From Podarcis pityusensis (lineage: Eukaryota), in assembly GCA_964106645.2 (NCBI GenBank), contig OZ067041.1: 64,000 bases of DNA. The stretch is one strand, 5' to 3'. Below, one piece after another: positions 1 to 12,590 of this stretch. The first letter of the stretch is position 1; every line of letters starts with the position of its first letter. A program made the position numbers and the translations under genes. The notes beneath the pieces were generated by a model that was given only the letters and a program-made list of their open reading frames with translations, was not told where the DNA came from and ran no database searches.

Positions 1-187
1 GTATGGTGAAGATCTGTTGTATATTTTTAAAGTTATAAGGTTCCCAAGTCCCTTTTTAAAATTAGAAGTATTTTGCTGGCAACTAGTGCAACACATGTCA
101 TGTAGCTGTTCTCTGTCTGATGGGCAGAGAAATTGCTACTGAACTCAGTGGGACTTGCATCCATATATTTCACGGGATTTAAGAGGG

Positions 188-465
188 GCAATTTGGTTCA
201 GTTAACATTTAAAGGTGAACCTACCTAATTTGCACTTCCTGAAAGAATGCACAAACCAAAAAGAGAGTTGTCCTTCAAAATTTGCACTTCTCAGTATTTT
301 GTAGTGCAATTCTGCAGCCCAGTGATGCTTACAAAAATGAATGTAGCAGTGTAAAGAGGTGCATAAAAGTGCATCTGTTAGTGAAAATAACAAAAAAATG
401 CATTATATTAAGGAAAATTGCATATAAAAATGCATTTATTAGGAGAAATTCACACTAAAATGCAG
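188..465. mobile_element. Old AT-rich interspersed repeat, probably a non-autonomous DNA element
   Basis: A related, degenerate reverse-oriented copy lies at ~31745-31880. Ends are not resolved. Confidence 0.4.
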
Positions 466-2412
466 ATGAATACCCACTAATTGCACAAATATTAGTAAGT
501 GACCCATAATGATTAATAACCAAAATGGTCTTCTTGAGTAAGTATCTTCAAGAATACACAAACACTGATTTGAAAGTTTACTTTGAAACAAGGGGGAGTG
601 TGTTTGCCTTTAGGTAAAACATTTAAGGGAAAAAATTGAAGGAAGAAAACCAAACACTATCATAGTCTTCCCTTTGGAAGTTATGAACTTCAATAAAGTC
701 TTAAAAGAGATGCCACTGTCCTGGAATGCTTTAAATAGTTCTGAAGCTGGACAGGAAATTTTCTCTGTGGGATGCTGATTTCAAAAGGTTGTATGATATA
801 AACCATTATTTGATGGGATGCTTATATAATCTGTCACATTTAGTTGCCGTATGCATTAGTCAGTTGCAGATTGTAAAAAAGAGTGGGAACATAATTTTTA
901 CCTTTATTAAAATAAGTCAAAGAATGATTTCTTCCAACACGTTTCCAGAATATGGTGCTAAAATGACTAAAATCTGTACAGGGATGTGGATATGTGTGTA
1001 TTTTATACCACCTAAGAGCTCCTGGTTATCAAGTAATCCAGCTATAATCTTTTGAAAATATGCCACTAATCGTGACATGCTAAAACATTCTTCTCCCTGT
1101 TTCTGACCTGTGAACCTTCTCACAGAAGAGGCTAGATTTTAAACCTTCATCACATGAAAGTCTCCAAAGTGATTTTCTTCAAACATTCCTTGATGTTTAG
1201 ACCTTGAAGAGCACTACAAACCATGATTGACTTGACGCCACCAGATTCAGTAGCTTTGGAGTCTGCAAGGAATGTAAACTTTGTAAATGCAATACTTCGT
1301 TTTTGGAGCGCATGCAAGAAGTATACAGTTGGGAGACAGCGATGAGCAGTACAATTAGTCAATGTCCAAAGGCCCATATGCAAAAAGCCAGGGGGAGGGG
1401 AGTCATGTGCTTAACCTGTATTTCTGCATAGCCTTATAGCTGCGTGTTTCATTGTGCAGGCTAATGTCGTCTTGACATATATTTTGCATAGAATGAAATT
1501 GTTATAGTAATGGCCCTTAATTAAACAGTTAAGTAATACAATTAAAAGGCTTCCCCACCCCTGCTCATAAAGACTTGAAGAGTAATGAGGCAATAAGCTT
1601 CAGTGTATGGCAACATTTCCCATCTTGCCGTCTGAGTGTATGTGTGTGTTTGCCACAATCCGACACGGCAACTACAGAATCTATTCCTTACAAAATGGGC
1701 TTGGCCAGACCACAGGAAAATCCAGCCGATGAGATGGAGGAAATTTAAGCTAGTGAGAATATTTAAATAGCTAGTTTGAGACTATGAAAGCTGATATTTG
1801 CAAATGGAAGCTGTACAATAAAAGATTTACTGCCACTGTGAACATTTGCGGAGATCTCTCATTTCGTCCCATTGGCCAAAAAGTAGATCTTTTAAGCCTA
1901 CGGATAACAAACAGACACCATGCTGACTTTCAAGCTGATTTTCGGCAACGATACCACAATCAGGGCAACAGTCGTCACGGCATTGCCGCAGGGAAGGGAT
2001 TCCACAGCAGAGCTTGACTTCAATAACTGAATATGTGGCATAATTCCAACGCTAGGAGAAGTAATTATATCACATACTCATTAAGCCTTGATCTAGCTGC
2101 TGCTTTAAAAAGAAGAATCCATGGAAAGATTGAAATTTGGATGGCGTCCAAAAAATTATTTGTAACAAAACTCCAGGGCTGCTCAGATTTAATATGTATG
2201 TTCCCTAAGAGCAATACCCAATGCTAGCCCTACTCAGGTTAGACTCACTGAAATTAAGGCTTAAGTGCAATAATTTTGTACTAGCTCTATCTGAGCTAAT
2301 TGGATGTCACCTTTTACATGTTAAGATTATCTAATCCAGTACATCCCTAATTATGGCTCGGCACCCTCTGAAATTGCTTGCGTCACTAGTGAACTCTTTT
2401 TTCTTGCTAGTA

Positions 2413-2591
2413 CAGTGGTACCTCAGGTTAAGTGCTTGATTCGTTCCGGAGGTCCGTTCTTAACCTGAAACTGTTCTTAACCTGAAGCACCACTTTAGCT
2501 AATGGGGCCTCCTGCTACCGCCACGCTGCTGGCACACGATTTCTGTTCTCATCCTGAAGCAAAGTTGTTAACCTGAGTTAGAGTATTACTG
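2413..2591 (+). mobile_element. Tc1/mariner (Tigger-like) MITE, internally deleted
   Basis: Left TIR TA|CAGTGGTACCTCAGGTTAAG; body matches copies at 39607, 53153 and 57439; degenerate right end GTATTACTG|TA. Confidence 0.8.
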
Positions 2592-3374
2592 TAAAAATAA
2601 AAACTCAGTGGGTCGGTCCAATGAAACCTTCATGTTTGAGATTGCTAATAAAATTGCCACCTCCTTGGCATTAAGGTCCTATCATATTTCTTGCATTCTA
2701 TCTCTAGGGGAAAAACGAGCCATATCATCTGGATAACACAGCTCCTCGTGACTTCTTGGAAGTGTTGATGTTTGTTAATTCACATTGAGGCATCTCCTGG
2801 GAAGTGTGCCAACCACTGGGAAGCATGTACCATATAGAACAATTGTTTCTGGCTCCATTTCTGCCCTGACACCTTTCCCTCAAAGCCTATGGCAAGCCAA
2901 GCACTCATTCATTCCTGCAGAAGGTCACCCAAGAACTCAGAAGAAAAGGAAACGTGCCATTTTGGCTCTGCTCTTTGTAAGGGGGGGGTGACATGTTTCT
3001 TTTCAGCATTCCCTTTCCCCCAGCCCTCCCAGTTCCTCTGTCCTCCTGCTCTGCAATGGATGGGAGCATGGGGACCTTTGTTATCAACACCTCTGCACAC
3101 CTCCCACTGGTCTCTTCACACTGCCATTATTTCTTTGATGGAAGGAGACCACATATGTATGTGTATAAATGAAGAGAAGAGCTGATTTGCACGGCTCATC
3201 CCAGAGACATTGTTTTATGCATGCCTCAGAGTCCCAGAAATTATCTGTGCTGCCCTCTGATCTTGCAAATCCCTTCAGCTTGACACAAATCTGACAGTAG
3301 GAGGAACAGCAGGAGAAGATTGATGCAGTAGGAGAAATGGGTGCCCACCAAACCATTTGGCAGCATACTCATAT

Positions 3375-3614
3375 AAGAAGAAGAGTTTGGATTTGGTATC
3401 CTGCTTTATCACTACCCTAAGGAGTCTCAAAGCGGCTAACAATCTCCTTTCCCCCTCAACAAACACTCTGTGAGGTGAGTGAGGCTGAGAGACTTCAGAG
3501 AAGTGTGACTAGCGCAAGGTCACCCAGCAGCTGCATGTGGAGGAGCGGGGAATCGAACCTGGTTCACCAGATTACGAATCCACCTCTCTTAACCACTACA
3601 CCACACTGGCTCTC
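3375..3614 (-). mobile_element. tRNA-derived SINE with (CTT)n tail (Squam3-like)
   Basis: Minus strand has A box TGGTGTAGTGG and B box GGTTCGATTCC; (AAG)n on plus; ATATAAG on both sides; homologous to 19112 and 40382. Confidence 0.85.
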
Positions 3615-3887
3615 TATATAAGCAGCTGAAGGGAGATGCTCCTGCACCGGAGTTTGAATCCAGGGCCAGTTGCTTTGTATCCTATTCTCAACAGGCCTAT
3701 GGGTCTTGGCACTCGCCCTTCCGTGGCACTAGTTATGAGCTAGGTTTATGAGGTTTAATGCATACAAAAGAGCCTACTGCAGTGTTCTACATGATTTATT
3801 CCTTCTTTTTTTTAAAAAAAAAATCTTTTCTTTTGCTCCTGCTGCCATCTTCTCATTTTAGCTAACCCCAAAGTTTCTTTCTCTATC

Positions 3888-3892
<5 letters not shown>

Positions 3893-3919
<27 letters not shown>
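3893..3919. repeat. (GA)n microsatellite
   Basis: Direct read. Confidence 0.95.
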
Positions 3920-3923
<4 letters not shown>

Positions 3924-4287
3924 TGAGCAGGACTGAGGGTACAAGTTAGAAGTGGTGTCAATTTCTTGAAGGCAATTGACATATAACGTCTTTTGTTCTG
4001 TAAATAACACCACCATTCTTGCAGGGAGCAATTGCCACCACCAATCCAAGCTTTACTCAGATGGTGGCCCAACCATGGCTGGGGAAGGGGTGCACTGCAC
4101 ACATACCCTTTCTTTGGTCCATCCCTCACATCACATGTGTCAAAAATGGCATCAAAGTTGTAGCCTATTTGATGTGTTGGATGATGACCACTGAATTTAT
4201 ATGTTGGTTGGTTGCATTTGTATCCCACTCTACTTCCCAAAGGAGCCCAGGCTGTGCAGAAAACATCAAAATGTTAAAATACTATAA

Positions 4288-4630
4288 AGGTAAAGGTACC
4301 CCTGCCCGTACGGGCCAGTCGTGTCCGACTCTAGGGTTGTGCGCCCATCTCACTTAAGAGGCCAGGGGCCAGCGCTGTCCGGAGACACTTCCAGGTCACG
4401 TGGCCAGCGTGACGAAGCTGCTCTGGCGAGCCAGCACCAGCACAGCACACGGAAACGCTGTTTACCTTCCCGCTATAAGGCGGTACCTATTTATCTACTT
4501 GCACTTCGGGGTGCTTTTGAACTGCTAGGTGGGCAGGAGCTGGGACCGAAAGACGGGAGCTCACCCCGCCACGGGGATTCGAACTGCCGACCATGCGATC
4601 GGCAAGTCCTAGGCACTGAGGTTTTACCCA
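4288..4630 (-). mobile_element. Sauria SINE, divergent subfamily, slightly 5'-truncated
   Basis: (ACCTTT)n tail, B box GGTTCGAATCC-like, Bov-B-like AGTCGGACACGACT; perfect 13-bp TSD TAAAATACTATAA (4275-4287, 4631-4643). Confidence 0.92.
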
Positions 4631-5083
4631 TAAAATACTATAATTTAAAATAAAAACAAAAAAACTTTAAAGCTTTTGAAAACAATTAAAAACCATCTAA
4701 TACATTTAGACCATGTAATACCTTTGTAAAGCAATCACATACCCTCATATTTACCAATTCCAATGTTGCCGTGGCCAGTATTTCTCAACCATCAAGTGCC
4801 TGGGTAAACATGAATGCCTTTCAATTTCTCCTGAAAGTTAACAATGAGGGAGGCAGTTGCACCTCACCAGGGAAGGCATTCCAGAAATGAGAGACCACTG
4901 CTGAGAAGGCCTTGCCACAGGTCAAGGCCAAAGGACAACAGCCAAAGATGGCACCACCAACAGGGTCCAAGATGGTTGATATTGGGGGAGTCACTCCTTT
5001 AGGTACTTACTGTAGGTCCCAAGTCACTTAGGGTTTCTACCCAAGTACTAACACCTTAAATTGGGCTTGGTAAATCACCAGCT

Positions 5084-5464
5084 GGAACATGGGTGGTGCT
5101 GTGGTCTAAACCACTGAGCCTTGGGCTTGCCGATCAAAAGGTCGGTGGTTCGAATCCCCGCGATGGGGTGAGTTCCCGTTGCTTGGTCCCAGCTCCTGCC
5201 AACCTAGCTGTTCGAAAGCACGCCAAAAACAAGTGCAAGTAGATTAAAAGGTACTACTCTGGTGGGAAGGTTAATGGCATTTTCGTGTGCTGCTCTGGTG
5301 TCAGTGTTCCATTGCGCCAGAAGCGGCTTAGTCATGCTGGCCACATGACCCGGAAAAACTGTCTGTGGACAAACGCCGGCTCCCTCGGCCTGTAAAGTGA
5401 GATGAGCGCCACAACCCCAGAGTCGTTTGTGACTGGACTTAACTGTCAGGGATCCCTTTACCTT
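5084..5464 (+). mobile_element. Sauria SINE, full length
   Basis: TGGTGCTGTGG A box, GGTTCGAATCC B box, CCTTTA tail; 12-bp TSD TAA(A/G)TCACCAGC (5071-5082, 5465-5476). Confidence 0.92.
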
Positions 5465-6149
5465 TAAGTCACCAGCAGCCAGTGCAGAGCTTTCAGGACT
5501 GGTGACACATTGTCCCATCACACTGTCCCAGTTACCAACCTAGCAGCTGCATTCTGCCCTAGCTTCAGTCTCTGGACCATCTTCAAGCACAGCACTGCAT
5601 CCAGTGTATTACAATAGTTAAAGCAGGAGGTCACCAGAGCACGGACATATGATGCCAAGCTTTCCTGGCCCACTGCCGTAGCTGGCAAACCAAACATCAG
5701 GAGCTTCCATCTGGGGATGTGGACATTAGTATGCTGGTGTCACGTAGCTGTATCTTTCCATTCATCATCATATAAAAGTAGCAGAGCAACAAAAAACAAA
5801 TGAATGCTATCAGACCTGGGGGAACAAAAGGGTCTCCACCTGCTGCCTAAACAACAACAACATGGGCATCAGGAGATACACTGAGAGTGAAGATTCCCAG
5901 AACCTGAGCACGAGAAGGTATCTCTGCTCCCTATATCCCTGCTTCTTTTTTATTGCCAAGCAGGGTAATTCATGCACCTTTGCTTTCAGGCTTCTAGAAT
6001 TTGCACATAAACTGTACACTCTGGCCCCTCTTTACAAACTTGTTTTTTGTGAATGATCTCTCCTGTGACCTTTTAGTCTTCTTTTTTTTATTCACTCCCA
6101 TTCGTTTCCATGCGTTCATTGTCACATTCTCCCCTGTCCTCCATTTGGA

Positions 6150-6420
6150 GTTCACAGAACATTTGGAATGTCATTCCGGAGGGATGATTTCTCCTGAGGC
6201 AGATGCCTCCCAAACCAGCACCTGTCAGCTTCCTGCCAGAAGTTAATTTAAAAGCTGCTGTGCAACCCTTTTTGATTTTAAGCACCAGCAGTCTGGTTCC
6301 ATTACAGTTCGAGTGGAGCCCATCTCCTTTGTACAGATTCCCACCCCTAGCCCCTTGACCCAAAATGTTCCCAGAACCTGGCAAATCTAAATGGTGCCTT
6401 CTGAAACCATTAGCTCATTC
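6150..6420 (-). mobile_element. CR1 LINE internal fragment: end of ORF1 (SGNH esterase domain)
   Basis: Minus-strand translation LYKGDGLHSNCNGTRLLVLKIKK resembles the DGLHLN..G..LL motif ending CR1 ORF1; frameshifted. Confidence 0.7.
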
Positions 6421-8234
6421 ATGCATTGAGACCCTAAGGCACCACCTGTCTATCTGGTCCTATGTGCCGTATAGATAGTATGTCTGAAAAATCTACTTTG
6501 CAAACCTGGATTTCTGAGCCGTTCAATATTAAGCTATCTCTCCAATGAGCAACCAACACAATGCAAACCAACTGCATCCCAAACAGAGAGCAGGCCAGAA
6601 GGTAAGCAGGAGATGTCATAACACAACATGTGTACTGTATCTTATTAAAGAATTGATATTGATTTCCAAGGAATAAGTTCAATTACAGCAGTACAAGTAC
6701 AGGGCTGGTCACCTCGTTCCAAGGAAATGACAATGATAAATCCTAAAAGCAGTAGGCTTGCTTGGAAGACACATTCTCTCGCATCAAAAGATGACTTCTC
6801 TCTTAATTCCAGATGGATGAGAACCAACCGCTTTGTTTTAGCAGTGAAATAAAGGTGCTTTGTGTATGTTCAGAGACACACACTCTGCTGTTGCGATTTC
6901 ACAGGTCCCAGTTGTATTTAAAAAACCTGGGCCTTCCTTGAAGCTATGTGCTGCACTCAATTGTCCACAGAGTTACTGTGGCTGAGAACCTGTGGCGGTT
7001 CTCAGTGTGATCTTCTCTGTTCACGAACAATGTGCTCCTGAGCTCCTCCATGTAAGAATAATGGGCTGAGCAACTTTGAAAATCCATAAATGACATGTTT
7101 CAGGTGCTGGTGTCACAAAGCCATTTTAGAAAGAGAAGACAGGCTGGAACATTAAATGGTGGTGGTGTCTGGGTGTGTGACATGTAGACCACTAATCAAA
7201 GGCATTAAGACTTGAGACTGTTTTGTAAACACTGGCCAAAGTGAATGAAAGTAAAACGCAGAAGAAGCGGTGATTTGCAAATACAACATGCACCTGAAAC
7301 TTGATGCGATAATTTGCTGAAGCCGCTGGATAAAGTAGGACTCTAGAAGTGAGGCTTGTGCTCCAGGAGCTTTCAGCTTTTAAAGGTTTTAAGAAGGAAA
7401 CCTGGCCATGACTGGATCACATTGAATATCAGTTCCGCAAACCCCTTCCACCTATAAAGTTCAATGATGGGCATGTTCACTCAGGAGTAATCCCAGCCTG
7501 AGTTAGAGGGGACATTCTCAGATGCAGAAGATCGAAGGCCTCAGGAGATGATGGTACACTTGGATGTCCGTTTCAGAACCTCATCATTGGTGAGTTAAAT
7601 CTTTCTGACAATGCCCACATTAGTGCTTGCACCGTGATAAACTTGACAAGGAATGTCGATTAATAGAACATCCCATGTACCTCCCCATTGAAGGGGGGCA
7701 GCCCTCTGGAATTTTGAGCATAATGGGCCTGTGTTTATTCCTCGAGCAACTGCATAATGTGACTGATTTACAGGAGTTTAACTGAAGTGTTAATCTGACA
7801 GTGACGGAGAGCGTCTCACTGGCAGAATCACTTACACTATCATATTAGTTGCCTCCTCTATTAAAGCCGTGTGGTCGATAATTGGAATGCTTTTATGTCT
7901 AGTGGTTCTGACAAGGCTCTCTTCAGGCCACAGATGGGCGGTCTGGCTTGCTACACAGCTGAACAGTGGCAAATAATTTAAACTGAGGAAGCATTGTTCT
8001 CCTTGTGCCGCAGGAGCAAGGGCAGTTCAAGGAAAAGTGAGCCTCCGCTCAGGCTACCTGCTGGCGTGTAGTAAAATAAGATGGACATGATACTGGGTCA
8101 GGAGTACAATTAAATCTATTTTGCACCAACGTGTTGGTGGACAGATGAGTTTCCACTTGGCAGAGCTTTATGATCTTTAAGGTAGACTGAACTAATAGAT
8201 TGGTGTGGAGCACACTGAAGTTACTAAGGATGGG

Positions 8235-8550
8235 NNNNNNNNNNNNNNNNNNNNNNNNNNNNNNNNNNNNNNNNNNNNNNNNNNNNNNNNNNNNNNNNNN
8301 NNNNNNNNNNNNNNNNNNNNNNNNNNNNNNNNNNNNNNNNNNNNNNNNNNNNNNNNNNNNNNNNNNNNNNNNNNNNNNNNNNNNNNNNNNNNNNNNNNNN
8401 NNNNNNNNNNNNNNNNNNNNNNNNNNNNNNNNNNNNNNNNNNNNNNNNNNNNNNNNNNNNNNNNNNNNNNNNNNNNNNNNNNNNNNNNNNNNNNNNNNNN
8501 NNNNNNNNNNNNNNNNNNNNNNNNNNNNNNNNNNNNNNNNNNNNNNNNNN
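8235..8550. other. Assembly gap (316 N)
   Basis: Run of N. Confidence 1.
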
Positions 8551-9138
8551 AAAGCGCCCTGTAAACAACTGTTTGCGAGGAGAGTTTTACACTGTCTTTT
8601 AAACACAACAAACTATCAAAGAACAGAAATCCTTGTTCTTGGCGGATAAATAAATAAATAATTCGCACCACGGAAAGTACTAAAAGCAACCCCCTAAACC
8701 CCCACCCCACCCCGGAAGAAAGAAAGAAAGAAAATATATCAGTTTCCTCTAGCTGAGCACAACCAGTTTCCCCTTTTTAGTATTCCCCTCCCCCTTAAAA
8801 ATAGCATTGTAATTCCCTTTAATTTTAAGGGACGGGGGTTGTGTATCAAGCTGTTTATCCATAAGAGTCCTTTGACCTTTCCATGCAAATGTTGCCTTTC
8901 CGCTGCTTGCAGTTGTGTGCAGTTGTGTGAAGCTTCTCATATGGGTATCATTTGGTGATGTGAGAGGAAAGGCATCAGGAAAATGTGTTCCTTTTGGATT
9001 CTTTTGGGATTCCTCTTCTCCTGTTCCCTTGCCACTAATTTCCTCACTGTGGATCACATTATTTCTTCTATATGCTGCAGAAAACGTTCAGGGTGTTACG
9101 ATTAAAATGTTGTTGGCTGTTTGCAGTTCGGATATGTC

Positions 9139-9321
9139 TTTTTTAAAAAAAAAAATATTTATTATTTTTCCAAAAACTTAAACACTAAAAAGACAATACA
9201 ATACAACACATCAAATTAACAAAACAAAACAAAAACAATAAAATAAATCAAACAATTTCATTATCCCATCTTTCATTCACTTATTTCCACGACCTCCTCA
9301 CACCTCCCTTTTTGTATTCCC
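9139..9321 (-). mobile_element. 5'-truncated non-LTR retrotransposon 3' UTR (L1/Tx1-like)
   Basis: T/A-rich tail at left, AATAAA on minus strand; 16-bp TSD GC(A/G)GTTCGGATATGTC (9123-9138, 9322-9337). Confidence 0.75.
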
Positions 9322-9676
9322 GCGGTTCGGATATGTCAGGCCCCTATTGCATCAGTAGTAGTATCTGACTCCAGGACATTCTCTGTATTATAATACTTTC
9401 AATGGGAGGCTGGGAGTTTGACCTTCACAGTTTGAGTTTACCTTCAGCAATGGTGGTCAAAACCGTAGGAAACCTCATCCATTCAAAACAGTCTTGCACA
9501 GGGCTGACGTAGTGTTACACTGAGAGGAGCAGGTTTATTGAAATGTTTTTTATATATATAAAAAAAAGGGGGGGGGAGAAAAAGATTCCAAGCCAAGTTG
9601 TCCTCAGTAGGAATTTCTACTGTAATAGCTAGCTAATAAAGTGCAGGTGAAATTCAGAAAGAATGGGAAGTGATCA

Positions 9677-9990
9677 TTTATTTTATGTATGTTATTTGCT
9701 TACTTATATTGTTTAAATGCCAAGCAACATCCTTGGCAAAGTATCAATTCAAGACGGCATGCAATCTCTTAAGGTAAATTGATGTAACAAAACCAAGTAC
9801 AATCAAACAAGAAGCCAATTTTAAAAGAAACAAGCAGAAACAGGACTAAAAGAAACAGAGAGAAGAAAATTAACTTTGAAATGCCCACCAAAACGATATA
9901 GTTTTTCATACCCGCTTAAAAGTAGGCAAGGAGGGGCCCAATGAACTCATCTGGGAAGCATATTAATAATCTGGAGACCACACTGAAAAA
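9677..9990 (-). mobile_element. Degenerate L2 3' remnant
   Basis: TTTATTT tail, A-rich UTR and a segment resembling the L2 ORF2 end, as at 4790-4920. Confidence 0.4.
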
Positions 9991-11424
9991 TTGGTACAGT
10001 GGAAAATCACCTCCAAGACCTAAATGATAAATATAATGGTTGTGCCAACAATGACTTCTTGGTGTATTTGTGAAATGTTTTAGCAGAAACACACCATGGG
10101 GGTTGGACTAGGTGATATGATTCTGTGACTTGCAGAAAAGAAAATGAATGCATAAATTCATTTGTGATGTATATTTGTTCATCATTTATTCTTCAGCTAC
10201 CCAGATTACCAGGTTGCTTTAAACATGGCTTTTCCAAGATGAGTTTGTGCGAGCAAGAGACACATCGATTATTCCGCTTAAAAACAACTGTCTAGGAGAC
10301 GAGAGGAGAAGTTTGTGGAGTTGCTCTCTTGGTTCTTACGCAAAACCTGCCGCTCTGGCCCCATCCCAAATGTATAAGAAACGCAGAATGCCAGAGTGTT
10401 TGGGACTTTCGCAGGGCATCTTGTTTCAACACTGCCTGCCTGTATTTTATCAGAGCACTAAAGGACACATTGAAATTATTTTCTCCTGGCACCGGCAACG
10501 CGCCGTGATGTGCGTGCCTTCAATTGCACTTGACAAATCTTCAGGGCAAGGAAAACGCTCTGGTGTAAGGGAATATCTCCGCCTCTTCCCAAAAAAATGG
10601 CATTTTTCAGACCAAACATGTGTTCAATTGATTTGCTTTCTCCAGAGATCGCGTTTGAATTCGGGCCAGTGATAAGTCGGGAAGCAGAGCCGCACCAGAG
10701 GCCAAGCAGGGTCAGCGGTACTTCCGATGGCATTTCCTGTGCTGCAGGGGTCTCTGCCTAACTGTACAAATAGCTCCACATGGCATTCAGAGAGTGTGCC
10801 AGGGAATGTTATGATTGCATGCCAAGTGTCGCTGTCAGGTTCCCCTCCACTGCTGTGTGAGCATATCTGAGGGCTTGCAAGTGTGGGGCTGCAGCTAACG
10901 TACAGATTGAGTAAATACCATAACCCCAACAGGGTGGCTGGTTGGCGGTGGGTTCTCGTTTTGCTTTTTCACTGCCTCATTTGCATTCCGTAAGCCAGGC
11001 TGTTGTTGTTTTTATTAGCACCACTACTGAGCAGTTCACTACTGCGAGGATTTAATGGGTGAACTTGATACGTTTTGGATTAATTTCTATTCTCTCCCCC
11101 CCCCCCGACACACACACACACTCCTGGACACCAACACCACCTCTAAAGCAGAGCTCGCGTTTCATACCTTCTGACATTTCAATGCATTCTCTTGAAAAGA
11201 TCTGACCGGCACATTGCCTACCCCTGCCATCCTGGACAAATTCTCAGGGTGGTGGCAAAACCCTAGGAAGGGGTGGTTGGACTGTAACATATGACCATAA
11301 TATACGTTTGGTGGGTCACAATTTGTTCAGGCCAGGTAAAGTTGTGTACAATGGTTGCCTGCTCCTCAAAATATAGTCGTGAGGGCTTCCACGTGGCACC
11401 TGAGTGCAGTTGAATTGTATAGAT

Positions 11425-11560
11425 CAGGCATAGGCAAACTTGGCCCTCCAGATGTTTTGGGAATACAGCTCCCATCATCACCAACTAACAGGACCAGTGG
11501 TCAGGGATGATGGGAATTGTAGTCTCAAAACATCTGGAGGGCCGAGTTTGCCTATGCCTG
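11425..11560. mobile_element. hAT MITE (~135 bp, palindromic)
   Basis: TIR CAGGCATAGGCAAAC...GTTTGCCTATGCCTG; flanking TATAGAT duplicated. Confidence 0.9.
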
Positions 11561-11724
11561 TATAGATGCATGGCGGCCCAACTTTTCATACCAAGGGGGC
11601 CACAAGAGCACTTCCACATGGGTGGGCTGCACACTGCCTTGTTGTCCAAGGGAACAGCATGCCCAAAATTTGATACTCCCCCACAGCCCTTGTGCTGCCT
11701 TCCCAAAGCCAGCTAAGCAAGTTC

Positions 11725-11810
11725 TCTGCAATCTTATAAGCATTTACCTCAGAGTAAGTACCACTGAACACAGTAGAGCTTACTTCTACGTACACATGTA
11801 CATTACTGCA
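11725..11810. mobile_element. Short palindromic ancient repeat (TGCAATCCTATGCA...ACTCAGAAGTAAG family)
   Basis: Related copies at ~12345-12485, ~21712-21792, ~47978-48052 and ~54215-54300. Confidence 0.5.
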
Positions 11811-12002
11811 ATGTCACTCTCAGTTTGTGTAACTGGGAATTGATTAAAAATGTTTGAAACCACTCCTCATGCTGGAATTCTAGAGGTATTTGAGGTGTAC
11901 CCTATGCAGCTCTTTCAGTTTCAGTATAATACTGCTGCTAGCTCCTCAATGTCTCTTGTTGAGACAGAAGGCCTTGCTGATTGGAGCTGATGGGACTTGT
12001 CA

Positions 12003-12105
12003 CATACCCTCCAAGTGTCCTGATTTTCCAGGGACAGTCCCAGAATTACAGAAGCCATCTTGGTTTTTTATTTGATCCCAGATTATCCCCGTTTTCCTTT
12101 TTCCT
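12003..12105 (-). mobile_element. Non-autonomous DNA element end (CATACCCTCCAA terminus, GGGAC/GTCCC subterminal motifs)
   Basis: Reverse complement of the segment at 30471-30545. Confidence 0.6.
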
Positions 12106-12502
12106 CTCCACCACGTCTTGGAGAACAACTAAAAGTGGTGCGTGGAAAAACAAAGTCCTGTTTATACTGATAATAAAATAATTGCACCAAATGAAGGAAA
12201 CGTTGAAGCTGGCATACGAAGCCCTTCCTATACTTGTGAAGGAAAATGTCACCAATCCACTTTAAATTCTTTAATTGCAATGCTTCCACAGCCAGCCGTT
12301 TTTTAGGAAACACATGGAGTGTTTATTCCTTTATGGTAAATGGAGCCGTAGGACACCTACTCAGAAGTAACTCCCAGTGTATTCAATGGAGCTGACTCCC
12401 AGGTAACTGGGTAAAGACTAGGCAGCCTTATATTGCAATCCTAAACATTTTCACTCAGAACCAAGTCCCACAGGATTTACTCCTGATCATTTTCACAGTT
12501 TC

Positions 12503-12503
<1 letters not shown>

Positions 12504-12543
<40 letters not shown>

Positions 12544-12590
12544 CCCATCTTTTTCCCTGACAGGGACTCAAGGCAGCTTACAGCCAAAAT
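12504..12590 (-). mobile_element. L2/SINE 3' tail with (ATT)n microsatellite
   Basis: (ATT)n followed by TATCCCATC...GGGACTCAAGGCAGCTTACA. Confidence 0.6.

Larger units (their letters stand above)
4204..5690 (-). mobile_element. Old L2 LINE 3' region interrupted by two Sauria SINEs
   Basis: L2-type tail (TATCCCAC...CCCAAAGGAGCCCAGG) plus degenerate ORF2 3' sequence that resumes across both SINE insertions. Confidence 0.65.

Noticed and set aside
8049-8710. Long ORFs of 114-185 aa
   Set aside because: Artefacts of translating through the N gap.
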